Assembly: GCA_963708025.1 (NCBI GenBank)
Contig: CAVPSB010000014.1
Span: 480,001 to 544,000 of the forward strand
Reading direction: 5' to 3'
Length of the DNA stretch: 64,000 bases
From: an uncultured Candidatus Rokubacteria bacterium
GTDB taxonomy: Bacteria; Methylomirabilota; Methylomirabilia; Rokubacteriales; DASRDR01
How positions within the stretch are numbered: position 1 is the stretch's first letter; the number at the start of each line of letters is the position of its first letter. A program made the translations under genes and the position numbers. The notes beneath the pieces were generated by a model, which was not told where the DNA came from, made no database searches, and was given only the letters and a program-made list of their open reading frames with translations. Below are positions 1-10,019 of the stretch, in pieces.

Positions 1-1
1 C

Positions 2-3000
2 GTGATCGTCCCCTTCACCCACCAGGGGGGCGGGCAGGTCCGGATCGAGGCCCAGGTCAGGGACGACCTGGAGGCCGACAACGTCGTCTACGGCATCATG
101 CCGGCCCCGCGCAAGCTCAAGGTGCTGCTGGTCAGCCCGGGCAACCTGTTCCTGGAAAAAGCGCTCAAGTCCGACCCCCAGGTCGTGCTCGAGACGAAGG
201 CGCCGAGCGAGTACGCGGGCGGCATGGGGGCGTACGACGTGGTCGTGCTGGACAGCGTCTCGCCGCCGAAGGTCGGGCCCGGCCGGTTCGTGCTGATCAA
301 CGCGGTGCCCGGCGACGTGCCGATCGAGCCGCTCGGCACCATGGAGCAGCCGGTCATCCTCGACTGGGACCGCTCGCACCCGATCATGCGGTTCGTGGAC
401 CTCTCGAAGATCGGGGTCGAGGAGGCGCTGCGGGTCCGGCCGGTCTCGGCGGGCCGTACGCTCCTGGAGTCGGTCGGCGGCCCCCTCATCTACCTCATCG
501 AGGAGCAGCAGCGGAAGGCGGTCTTCGTCGGCTTCGACCTCTTCAAGACCGATCTGCCGCTCCGGGTGGCCTTCCCGCTCATCCTGTCGAACAGCCTCCG
601 CTGGCTCCAGCCGGTGGGGCTGGAAGACTCCGACCTGGTGGTCACGGCCGGCGACCCCTTCCTCGTCACCGTGGAGCACGGGATCGCCGAGGCGACGGTC
701 CGGGATCCCGAGGGCGGGTCCCGGAAGGCGGAGATCACCCGGGGCGCCCTGTCCTTCGCGCAGACCGACCGGGTCGGGGTGTACACGCTGGTGACCGGTG
801 CGCGGGAGACGCCGTTCGCGGTCAACCTCCTGGCGGCGGCCGAATCCAACATCCAACCGCAGCCGCTGCCGGTGGGGCCCCCGCCCGCCGAGGGCGCCGG
901 GGCCGACTCCTACACCTACCAGCGGGAGCTCTGGCCGCCGCTCCTGATCCTGGCGCTCATCACGCTCCTGCTGGAGGGGTTCCTCTACTGGCGCCGGCAG
1001 ACCGCCGGCCGGCGGACGTGGCCGCCTCGCCGGGTGGATCGCTGGGCCCTCGGCGCCCGCGCCGCCAGCGTGGCGGTGCTGCTGTGGGCGCTGACCCAGC
1101 CCCAGCTTTCCCGCTGGGTCGACCGGCAGAACGTGTTCTTCCTCCTCGACATGTCGGATAGCGTGAGCCTGGCCGCCCGCGAGACCGGGTACCGCTACGC
1201 GGCAGGGGCGCTGGAGGGGATGAAGGAGGACGATCGGGCGGGTCTCATCGTCTTCGCTCGGGATCCGCAGCTCGCCGAGCCGCTCCGTCCCAAGGCGGCG
1301 CTCGGGCGGCCGCAGCCTCCCGCCGCCACCGGCGCGACGAACCTGGAGCGCGCGGTCCAGCTCGCGCTCGCCTCGTTCCCGGCCGGGGAGGCGAACCGGA
1401 TCGTCCTGCTCTCCGACGGCCGCGAGAACGCGGGCAAGGTGCTCGGCGCCGCCCAGGCCGCCAAGGATGCCGGGGTCCCCATCTACTATTCGCCGCTCAA
1501 CCTCACGTTCCCGCAGGAGATCGTGGTCGAGCAGCTCCTGCTCCCGACCGAGGTCAAGTTCGGCGAGCCGTTCTACGCCAAGGTGGTGGTCAACTCCGTC
1601 AAGGAGACCGCCGGGCGGCTGTCTCTCTACCGGAACGGTGAGTTCCTCGGCTCCCAGGTGATCCGGCTGACCGCCGGCAAGAACGTCCTCACCTATCGCC
1701 AGGCCCTCGAGAACGCCGGCGTCCACGTCTACCAGGCCCTGGTCGAGGTGGAGGGCGACGTGATCGAGGAGAACAACCGGGCCATCGGGCTCACGGTCGT
1801 CCGTGGGCGGCCCCAGGTGCTCCTCGTCGACAAGGAGCCGGCCCAGGCCCAGAACCTGGCGTCGGCGCTCCGGTCCCAGCACATCGAGGTCAAGGTGGTG
1901 GGGCCGGAAGGGCTGCCGACCGCGATGCCCGACCTCGAGAAGTACGACGGGCTCATCCTGTCCAACGTGTCCTCGCTGAAGATGACGAAGAACCAGATGG
2001 TCCTGGTCCGCGACTACGTCCGCGACCAGGGCGGCGGGCTGGTCATGATCGGCGGCGAGGAGGCGTTCGGACTCGGCGGGCTCTACCGGACCCCCCTCGA
2101 AGAGGCCCTGCCGGTCACCATGGAGGTCAAGCAGAAGATCGAGATCCCGAGCCTGGCGGTCATGCTCGTGATCGACCGGTCCGGCTCCATGGCGATGGGC
2201 ATGAAGGACAACGACAAGATCAACAAGCTCGAGGTCGCCAAGGAAGCGGCCCATCTGGTCGTCGATCTGCTCGACGAGCGGAACGAGGTCGGGATCCTCT
2301 CCTTCGACACCGAGTTCGTGTGGCACGTGCCGATCACGACGGCCAAGGACAAGCGGGCGATCCACCGCGAGATCTCGGCGATCAAGGCGGGGGGCGGGAC
2401 CGACGGCTACCCGGCCGTGCGGGAGGCCTACAAGGCGCTCTACGAGCGGGACGCCCTGCTCAAGCACGTGATCTTCCTCTCCGACGGCCAGATGACCCGC
2501 GGCGATTTCACCTCGCTGATCCGCCGGATGGTGAAGGACAAGATCACGGTCTCCGGGGTGGCCATCGGGTCCGACGCCGACCTCCAGCTCATGATGGACG
2601 TGTCGAAGTGGGGCCGGGGCCGGTTCTACTTCACGGAGGAGACCGCGACGGTCCCGCGCATCTTCACCCTGGAGACCCAGCTGGCGTCCAAGGCCTCGCT
2701 GATCGAGCAGCCGTTCCGTCCGATCGTGACCAACCAGTACCACGAGGCCATCCAGGACATCGAGTGGGCGAAATCGCCGCCCCTGGGCGGCTACGTCGCA
2801 ACGACGATCAAGCCGACCGCCGAGCAGCTCCTGATGACGCACCAGGAGGATCCCCTCATGGCCGCCTGGCGTTACGGGCTCGGCCGGTCGGTGGCCTTCA
2901 CCGCCGACGCCAAGGCCAAGTGGGGGATCCTGTGGCTCCGCTGGCGCGACTTCAACAAGTTCTGGTCGCAAACGGTCCGCTGGACGCTGCGGGCCGGCAC

Positions 3001-3548
3001 CCGGAGCGATACCACCGCCACCGTCGAGCGCCGCGACGGTCAGGGGGTCGTGACGGTCGAGGCGATCGACCCCAAGGGCGAGTTCATCAATTTTCTCGAC
3101 AGCCAGCTCGGCGTCGTCAACCCGGACAAGAGCCAGGGAGTGGTCGAGCTGGAGCAGGTGGCGCCGGGCCGGTACCGGGGCGCCTTCCCGACGCGCGGTG
3201 AGGGTGTCTACCTGGCCGGGTTGTCGCAGCGGAAGGACGGCCAGCTGATCGGCTCCCAGATCGTGGGCACGGTCGTCCCGTACGCGCAGGAGTACCGCGA
3301 GCTGGGCCCCAACGAGGTGCGTGCTCCGGGAGATCAGCGAGCTGACGGGCGGCGGGGTGCTGAGCGAGGCCAAGGAGTCGTTCACGACCAACCGGCGGCG
3401 CTCCCGCATCCCCACCGACCTCTGGCCGTGGCTGGTGGGGCTGGTCGCCGTCGTCCTGGTCCCCGAGATCGCCGTCCGGCGGATCGGTCCGGCCATCGGC
3501 CGGTGGGGACGGCGGATCAAAGGAAGAGGGGAGGTCGCCGATGCGTAG
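2..3548 (+). CDS. Large membrane-anchored VWA-domain protein with a glutamine-amidotransferase-like domain (5'-partial; frameshift near 3320)
   Basis: Two MIDAS motifs (LLDMSDS, VIDRSGSM) and LLSDG/FLSDG motifs. The C-terminus continues in ORF 3321..3548 (LREISELTGG...DLWPWL). Confidence 0.85.
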
Positions 3549-4920
3549 AGGAGTGAGCGTCGCGCTCCGGCTGACTCTCACCGTGTGGGCCGCGACCGTG
3601 GTTGCCGGGCTTCCGGGTTCGGAACCCGCCGCCGCGACGAAGCCCCGCCCGGTGCTGATCCTGCCGTATCAGAACGTCACCCCGGGTGGCGCCGACGGCT
3701 GGTTCGGCGAGGGGATCGCGGAGACGCTCGGCCTCGCCGCCCGGACGCTCGCGTCGCTCTCCCCCATCGAGGCGAGCCGGGTGGCCCAGGCGGCCCGCAC
3801 CGGTGGCCTCGACCTCGACACCACGCCGCCGGACAAGGCGGCGGTGGCGCTGGCCCGGGCCCTCCGGGCGGAGGTGGTCTTCTACGGCGAGTACCAGCGG
3901 ACGGCCGACGGCGGGGTGTCCATCGTGCCGCGACTCCTGGACGTCGGGGGCAAGCCCGAGACGCAGACGCTCGAAGCGCTGGTCGGCGCGGCGGACCGCG
4001 TGGTCGAGGTCCAGGCCGACATCGTGTCGATCTACGCCAAAGCGCTCAAGCTCGGCCTCAAGCCGGACGAGCTGGCCCGGGCGGTCGCCGCCGCCAAGCC
4101 CACGACGAACCTCACCGCGTTCGAAGCGTACGCGAAAGGGCGTCGCTCCTACGTCAAGGGCGGCCAGGACGGGTACGAAGGGGCCGCCGAGCTGTTCGCC
4201 CGGGCCGTCGAGATCGATCCCACTTTCGCGGTTGCCCACTACCAGCTCGGGCTCGCCCATCTGGCGCTGGGCAACCGGTGGAAGGGCGCCGCCCAGTTCC
4301 GGGCGGCCACGCAGGTTGACCCGACCCTCCCCGAGCCCCTCAAGGCGCTCGGCGACCTGTTCATGCTCAGCCCCCGCCGCCTCTACGATCAGGCCATCGA
4401 ATCGTACCAGAAGGCGCTGACCCTCCGCCCGCACTACGCCGAGGCGCAGGTCGGCCTGGGGGACGCCAAGGCGGCCAAGGGCGACAACGAGGGCGCGATC
4501 GGCCACTACCAGAAGGCCCTCGGCCTGGATCCCCTGAACGCGCGGGTGCACTTCAGCCTGGCCAAGATCTACTACGGGGAGAAGGGCCTGTACTACGAGG
4601 CCGTGGGTGCCTACAAGAAGGCCATCGAGCTCGATCCATTCTTCCTGGACGCCCGCATGGGGCTGGGTGAGATCTACGAGGAGAAGGGCCTCTACAAGGA
4701 CGCGATCGCGGAGTACAAGAGGGTGGTGGAGGCCGAGCCCAAGCACACCGGGGCGCACTACAACCTGGCCCTGGCGTACGAGAAAGTGGACGTGAAGGAA
4801 GCGGTCGCCCAGTGGGAGCGCTACATCGCGCTCGCCTCCCAGATCCCGACCGAGAAGGAGTGGGTCGACGTGGCCCGCCAGCATCTCAAGAAGCTGCGGG
4901 ACAAGGAGAAGGCCCAGTAA
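3541..4920 (+). CDS. Exported tetratricopeptide-repeat protein with a TolB/CsgG-like N-terminal domain
   Basis: Signal peptide, VLILPYQN..GEGIAETL motif, multiple TPRs (AIESYQKALTL.P.YAEA). Confidence 0.85.
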   Translation: MRRGVSVALRLTLTVWAATVVAGLPGSEPAAATKPRPVLILPYQNVTPGGADGWFGEGIAETLGLAARTLASLSPIEASRVAQAARTGGLDLDTTPPDKAAVALARALRAEVVFYGEYQRTADGGVSIVPRLLDVGGKPETQTLEALVGAADRVVEVQADIVSIYAKALKLGLKPDELARAVAAAKPTTNLTAFEAYAKGRRSYVKGGQDGYEGAAELFARAVEIDPTFAVAHYQLGLAHLALGNRWKGAAQFRAATQVDPTLPEPLKALGDLFMLSPRRLYDQAIESYQKALTLRPHYAEAQVGLGDAKAAKGDNEGAIGHYQKALGLDPLNARVHFSLAKIYYGEKGLYYEAVGAYKKAIELDPFFLDARMGLGEIYEEKGLYKDAIAEYKRVVEAEPKHTGAHYNLALAYEKVDVKEAVAQWERYIALASQIPTEKEWVDVARQHLKKLRDKEKAQ

Positions 4921-4972
4921 GGAGCGGCCGGAACAGCCGGAGCGCCGCCGGGGCCGGAGGGCCCCGCCGGCG

Positions 4973-5222
4973 CTACGGGTTGGGTAGCTCGAGCAATCCG
5001 ACCAGGCGCGCGCGGTCGAACCCCACGACGACTTCTTCCCCGACCACGATCACCGGGACGGCCATCTGACCGGTCCGCCTGATCAGCTCCTCCCGGCCCT
5101 CGACGTCCGTGCGTGACGTCGATGTCGGTGAACGCGACCCCCTTGGACGAAAGAAACTCTTTCGCCGCTTTGCAGGGGCGTCAGGTGGGGGAACTATAGA
5201 CTGTGACAGGCTTTTCAGTCAC
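4973..5222 (-). CDS. Glutaredoxin/NrdH-like selenoprotein (UxxC); absent from the ORF track; one extra base near 5111
   Basis: Manual translation from GTG at 5222: MTEKPVTVYSSPT-U(TGA 5183-5181)-RPCKAAKEFLSSKGVAFTDIDV / TDVEGREELIRRTGQMAVPVIVVGEEVVVGFDRARLVGLLELPNP*. Glutaredoxin motifs (VP, GF) are present and a hairpin follows the UGA. Confidence 0.85.
5139..5183 (-). promoter_or_regulatory. Putative bacterial SECIS element
   Basis: mRNA UGA-CGCCCCUGCAAAGCGG-CGAAAGA-GUU-UCUUUCG-UCCAAGGGG: perfect 7-bp upper stem, G-first apical loop 23 nt after the UGA, CCCCU/AGGGG lower stem. Confidence 0.7.
5146..5221. repeat. Left att site of the island (76-bp direct repeat)
   Basis: Identical to 30685-30760 (GACGAAAGAAACTC...CTTTTCAGTCA). 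Confidence 0.95.
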
Positions 5223-6538
5223 GTGGCGTCCTCCGATATCGGGTCACCATTGGCTGGTTGTTGCGGATTTGTTGCGGATTGTACCGGCCTTGGCGCTCCG
5301 TCGTCGAGCCGATTCACGATCACCCGGCGCCGGGTGGGGACCAGGTGTCCATAGTAGTCCACGGTAATTTTGATGCTCGAATGGCCCAGTTGTTTGCTGA
5401 CATAGTGCAGGATGGCCTCGCCGTCCTGTCCGTGGTCCACCGCCTCAGCGATGAGTCGTGTCGCGTAAGTATGCCTCAACCCGTGCGGTTTCCGGTATCG
5501 AACACGGGCCCGCGACAGGAGTCGCCGCCAGATGTTCGAGAACGTCGTGTGGCCGATGGGTTCTTCGGCTCGGTACCACCCCGAGAGGCGGCGGTGGGCC
5601 TGAACCCGGAAATCTCGTCCTGACGGCGTACGTTTCTCGTGGGCTGTCACCCGGCTCTCGGATGGGGGCGGGAACAACCACGGGCCCGCGGGCCCCTCGC
5701 GCTGACGGATCGCCAGGTAGGCCTCCATGTCCGCGACGAGCTGATCGCTCATGTCCACCCGGCGCACCTGGTGGCTCTTCGGGGCGTTGAATCGAGCGGA
5801 GCCGTGCTTGCGCCCACGCCGGCCCTCCGTCCGGCGCACCCACAGCTGACGCACCGCGAGGTCGACGTCTGCGACCTGGAGGCATCGGCCCTCGCCAGGG
5901 CGAAGGCCGGTCCGGGCAAGCGTCAGTACGAGCACGTAGATCTCGCGTGGGAACTCCGCCCGTGCCACGTCTATGAGCTGGCGCAGCTCCTCCGCGGTGA
6001 ACACGGAGAGCCCCACCTCGCGCCGGCGTTCCACATGGCTCGCAAGGAGGAACCGTCCAGCCCGGGCGGCCGGGTTCGCCTGGAGCAGCCCATCCTCCAT
6101 CGCACTGTTCAGACACGAACGCAGGACGCTCAGGCGGAGTGCACGCGTTTTCGATCTGGTACCACTCTGGCGCATGGCGTCCAAGGCCGTCAGAATCTCC
6201 TCGCGACGGATGGCCGTCAACCTGCGGGAGCCGAGCAGCGGTAGCCAGTGCTTCCGAACGATCCGCTGATAGAGATCGGCAGATCCGATCGCGAGATCCT
6301 CCCGCCGGGCAAGCCACGTTTCGGCGTATCCGGCCAGGGTGACGTCGGAGCCTCTCCTCGCTTCGAGGATTCCGAGATCGTCGAGTGAGAGTCGACGCTC
6401 GAGCTCGGCCGCCGCCAGGTACGCCGCCTTGCGCCCGCCCCGGCCGCGCAGTCGGGTCGAGATACTCTTGCGTTGCCCCTTGTGGTCGACCACGAGATAC
6501 CACATCCCGTTCTTGCGGAGCCGCGGCTTGACGCCCAT
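5219..6538 (-). CDS. int: Tyrosine recombinase / phage-type integrase
   Basis: Catalytic residues intact: RTGLRPGE, PKS, HGLRH, QLGH, YYGH. N-terminal arm-binding-like region and SAM-like core-binding region. Confidence 0.95.
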   Translation of the reverse strand: MGVKPRLRKNGMWYLVVDHKGQRKSISTRLRGRGGRKAAYLAAAELERRLSLDDLGILEARRGSDVTLAGYAETWLARREDLAIGSADLYQRIVRKHWLPLLGSRRLTAIRREEILTALDAMRQSGTRSKTRALRLSVLRSCLNSAMEDGLLQANPAARAGRFLLASHVERRREVGLSVFTAEELRQLIDVARAEFPREIYVLVLTLARTGLRPGEGRCLQVADVDLAVRQLWVRRTEGRRGRKHGSARFNAPKSHQVRRVDMSDQLVADMEAYLAIRQREGPAGPWLFPPPSESRVTAHEKRTPSGRDFRVQAHRRLSGWYRAEEPIGHTTFSNIWRRLLSRARVRYRKPHGLRHTYATRLIAEAVDHGQDGEAILHYVSKQLGHSSIKITVDYYGHLVPTRRRVIVNRLDDGAPRPVQSATNPQQPANGDPISEDAT

Positions 6539-6556
6539 CGTGTGCTCGATCTCGGC

Positions 6557-6826
6557 CTACCGTCCGAGAAACTCGCGCAGCACCGGCGCCACCAGTCGCT
6601 CGACGTCGGATCGACCCTGATTGCGGTACCGGGCTATCCATTCATCGAAATCCGAGCGACGGACCAGGATCTTTCCCTCGACGCGGTAGCACGGGAGCGG
6701 ATGGACTGAGTGGACGAGCCGGTCGCGTAGCCACCGGATCGAGCAGCCCGAGTACGTGGCCAGCGCCCGCAGCGACAGGTAGGGATCCAGCCGCGTCGAC
6801 AGCTCGAGGTTGTCGACCACGACCAA
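6557..6826 (-). CDS. Excisionase / AlpA-like helix-turn-helix protein
   Basis: YLSLRALATYSGCSIRWLR...LPCYRVEGKILVRRSDFDEWI; directly upstream of int. Confidence 0.8.
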   Translation of the reverse strand: MVVVDNLELSTRLDPYLSLRALATYSGCSIRWLRDRLVHSVHPLPCYRVEGKILVRRSDFDEWIARYRNQGRSDVERLVAPVLREFLGR

Positions 6827-6847
6827 CCTTGGCCGGTGGAACGGAGC

Positions 6848-7273
6848 TCAGGGGTCCCTTGAGCCGGCTCCCACTGTTGTGGAGGCTGGTCGTCTGCTCC
6901 GGCCGGATCGCTGACCGTCACGGTATTCCCTCTTCATACCGTCTCGAGACCACGATCGACTCGCCGTGGTCGATATGCTCCTTTCGGGATCGGCACCCCG
7001 TCCCGTCATTGGCCGATCGCCTCCGTGGAGTTCGTTTGCGTGGAGGCAGTGTGGCTTGCATCGGGGCGTTACGTGGATGGCGTGCTGGGCACGCCACGCT
7101 CGGATGGCTTCCTCGTCACTGAGGGTGTCCGCAGAGATGAGAACATCAGTCGCGACGAATGCATTGGCTCGAGAGCCCACTATCAGGACTCCGCACCGCT
7201 GATCTTCGTGCGGTGTCCAGAGAATGGCGGCTCGGAGACTCGGGTCCTCCTGCCGCGTGCCTGTCGCTGCCAT
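6848..7273 (-). CDS. Hypothetical protein
   Basis: ATG-start ORF co-oriented with xis/int; no recognisable motif. Confidence 0.35.
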   Translation of the reverse strand: MAATGTRQEDPSLRAAILWTPHEDQRCGVLIVGSRANAFVATDVLISADTLSDEEAIRAWRAQHAIHVTPRCKPHCLHANELHGGDRPMTGRGADPERSISTTASRSWSRDGMKREYRDGQRSGRSRRPASTTVGAGSRDP

Positions 7274-7328
7274 CTGTCTTCCCGTTGCCCGTTAGGCACA
7301 AGACGCTGCGAGCGTCAGGGGGTGTCCT

Positions 7329-8000
7329 TCACGGAGTACCGTGCTCATCGTCCGGATAGGGCTCGGTTCCTGGCGCAGATCCACCTGGACAGGAGCGATT
7401 CGGATCGGGTGCGTTCCTAGCGGCATTCTTGGCCTTCCGGTGCCCGAACCAAGGAGGCGAAGCGGTCCATGCGGGCGCCAGGGCCCGCTCTGCGTCCGGC
7501 CGGCGCTTGAGGAACGCCGAGAGCGCGCGGCCGTCGGCAGCCAAGAGCGGCCAAGGAGCCGCCCCGGCCTCCGTGGCCGCGCGGAAAACGACTGCGGCGC
7601 TGTAGCGGCCCTTCGTGGGGAAGAAGCCGAGCTCCATGCCGTCGAGGGGGAGGGGCTCGCGATCCTGGCGGTGGTGCCGGAGGCGCTCACGGAGGCGTCC
7701 GACCCGAGCCTCGCCGGCCTGGAGGAGCGCCCCGAGCCGCCGTGTTTCGGTGTCATCGGGGACCGGCGCCTCGTCCACGGCCTCGAGGGCGGCCTGGCCG
7801 GCCGGACACCGGTTCACCCAGGGGCAGGTGCCGCAGGCGGTCGAGGGTCGCGGAGGAAAGGCGGCAGGATCTTCCGGGCGGGCCAGGGCGTCGGCGATGA
7901 CGGCCGCCGTCGTCTGTGCCCAGGCGAGCGTCTCGACGGCGTCCGCTCGGGCGAAGGTCGTCCGGGCGACACGGCCGGTGCGCAGGTCCCAACCCCCAAC
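7329..8000 (-). pseudogene. C-terminal part of a PD-(D/E)XK (RecB/Cas4-like) nuclease; N-terminus missing
   Basis: The frame of ORF 7329..7817 stays open upstream: WDLRTGRVAR...AFPPRPSTACGTCPWVNRCP (CxxC-x5-C). No start codon before the repeat array. Confidence 0.55.
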
Positions 8001-8008
8001 CTGACTCA

Positions 8009-8795
8009 GATCGGTGCCCCGCCCCCGAAGGGGCCCGAAAGCCGACGAGATGGAAGACGAACAGCGGCCCCCCCCACCGGATCAGACCGCCGCCGTCCCA
8101 ACTCGCCACCGACCTCCCACGACAGCGCGCGCGGGAGCCGAACGCGCCACGGTGTACCCCGATGTGTCATGCACGCTCTTTCCTCCGCAACCCGATCGAC
8201 CCAGCCCACCGCGACCCAGGGCGATCCGTCGGACGCCACACTTCGTCCCTCACCGACGGCCCGATCCGCAGGAGACCGGACTGCCACTCCCAACCCGACC
8301 CGACAATCCGACACGATCGCTGACAGACTCCTCCCGAGGGTGACGGGGGCCGACGTCCAAGATCGGTGCCCGCCCCCGAAGGGGCCCGAAGGCCGACGAG
8401 ACGGAAGACGGACAGCGGACCTCCCCACCGAATCAGACCGCCGCCGCCTCAGGCGATCACCGACCTCCCACGGCAACGCGCGCAGGAGCCGAAGGCGCCG
8501 ACCCCTCACCGACGACCGCGTTGCTCGGCCCCGGTCTTCCGCGTCCATCCGACAGCCCGTGGTCACCGCGCCACTCCCACAACCGCGACCCACCGACACC
8601 GCGACACGGCCGCAGGCAGACTCCTCCCGAGGGTGACGGGGGCCGACGTCCACGATCGGTGCCCCGGGCCCGAAGGGCGACGAGAGGGAAGATGAACAGC
8701 GGACCCCCAGCGAATCAGACCGGCGCCGCCCCAGGCCACCGCCGACCTCTCACGGCAGCGCGCGCGGGAGCCGAAGGCACCGACCCCTCACGGAC
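8009..8795. repeat. Three diverged tandem copies of a ~300-350 bp non-coding unit
   Basis: GATCGGTGCCC... starts at 8009, 8361 and 8654. CAGACTCCTCCCGAGGGTGACGGGGGCCGACGTCCA occurs at ~8324 and ~8617. Confidence 0.85.
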
Positions 8796-9071
8796 GATCA
8801 CACCCGCCGCGACGTGGGCGGCCCTGCCCTCCGCATGCCCCGCGCCGATCCGAGGCCCCACGGTCGGACCCCGTCGATCCTCCGGTGCCGCGCGCTGCCG
8901 CCACGCCACTCCACGATTGGTGATCGACTCGCCAGCATAGGAATCTCATTAGGCGTGCCGCTGGGCGGTGCCGCTCGGAGACCCGGCTGGAAGTCGGCGT
9001 CCCTCCAGCGGGTTTTTGATTCGGAGCGCGGCGACGTCGCCCTGACAGGGTGGCTCGTCCTGGCCGGGCCC

Positions 9072-9512
9072 TCAGCGGCGGAACGATCGCAGCAGCCGGT
9101 CGAGCCGGGCATCGGTGTCGGGCCACGGGTCCGGGGACCCGTCTGGCGCGCGCCCGCCATGGGGCGGATCCGGTCGGGTCACGAGCGCCGCCTCGTTCCC
9201 CGAGGCAGGTCCGTGCGATCGCCGATCGGGCCGGGAGGTCGGGACCCCCTCGCCCCCGGCGCGGCCGTCGTCGGCCCCGGGCGCGTGCCGTGACGAGCGC
9301 CCGCACGGCCTGGCGATCAAGAGCGGGACGATCCGCGTGGTGCGCGTCGGGATCGCCGCGCAGCCGGTCCGAAGGACCGCCTTGATGGCCCGGCCGCGCC
9401 CGCTGGGAGGGAGTGCCTAGACCAGGCCGAGGACCTCCAGGTCCTCGGACCGCTCGAGATTGAAGTACACGCTCAGGTAGGTCTGCGACGAAGACGCGCG
9501 AGACACGGTCAT
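9072..9512 (-). pseudogene. Small putative DNA-binding (ParR/StbB-like) protein with an internal TAG at 9419-9417
   Basis: MTVSRASSSQTYLSVYFNLERSEDLEVLGLV*ALPPSGRGRAIKAVLRTG...DARLDRLLRSFRR reads in one frame with ORF 9072..9320. Confidence 0.35.
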
Positions 9513-9565
9513 CGCGCGCGGCGAGCAGGGGGACACGCCGCGGCTCCTGCTGGGGCCATGCTCGG

Positions 9566-9606
9566 CGTCTATCAGATCTCTGATAGACGTCTGATATGAT
9601 TTGATA
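9566..9606. promoter_or_regulatory. Perfect 11-bp inverted repeat with additional TYTGATA iterons (operator or centromere-like site)
   Basis: CGTCTATCAGA-TC-TCTGATAGACG followed by TCTGATA and TTTGATA; AT-rich patch in GC-rich DNA. Confidence 0.55.
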
Positions 9607-9639
9607 CGCTCGCGGCGTCTCGGAGTTCGCCGCCCGGCT

Positions 9640-9930
9640 GCCGGGCGTTCTGGTGTTGACGCTCTCCATTCTCGCGGTCGCGGGCGCGGGAGACGGCTCG
9701 TAGGAGAGCGCGCCGCGCTCCTCGGGGCCGCCCTCTACGCCGCCAACGGGTTCCTCCTCGACCTCGCCGGCGGCCGGGTTGCGACGGACCACATCGACAC
9801 GCTCTTCGTGTCGCTGGTGGCGCTCGGGGCTTTTCTGTCCGTTGACGAGGCCGACGGCGAGCGCGAGGACTGGCGAAAGCTCGTCGGACTCGGCGCGATC
9901 ACGGGGCTCGCTCTCCTGGAGCGCCGCCAA
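9640..9930 (+). pseudogene. Fragment of an ArnT/GT39-like membrane glycosyltransferase
   Basis: GRRLVGERAALLGAALYAANGFLLDLAGGRVATDHIDTLFVSLVALG...GAITGLALL; no intact start or end. Confidence 0.45.
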
Positions 9931-10019
9931 CCCCTGCGCGGTGATCTTGCCCTCCGGCGCGCCGGCCCCGGGTGGGTCCGGCGCCCTGGGGCGGGGAGTC
10001 GACGCAGCGGTTTCCGCCA

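Noticed and set aside
5146-5221. The 76-bp repeat as a tRNA gene
   Set aside because: The length is tRNA-like, but there is no cloverleaf, TTC T-loop or CCA end, and it translates as the glutaredoxin N-terminus.
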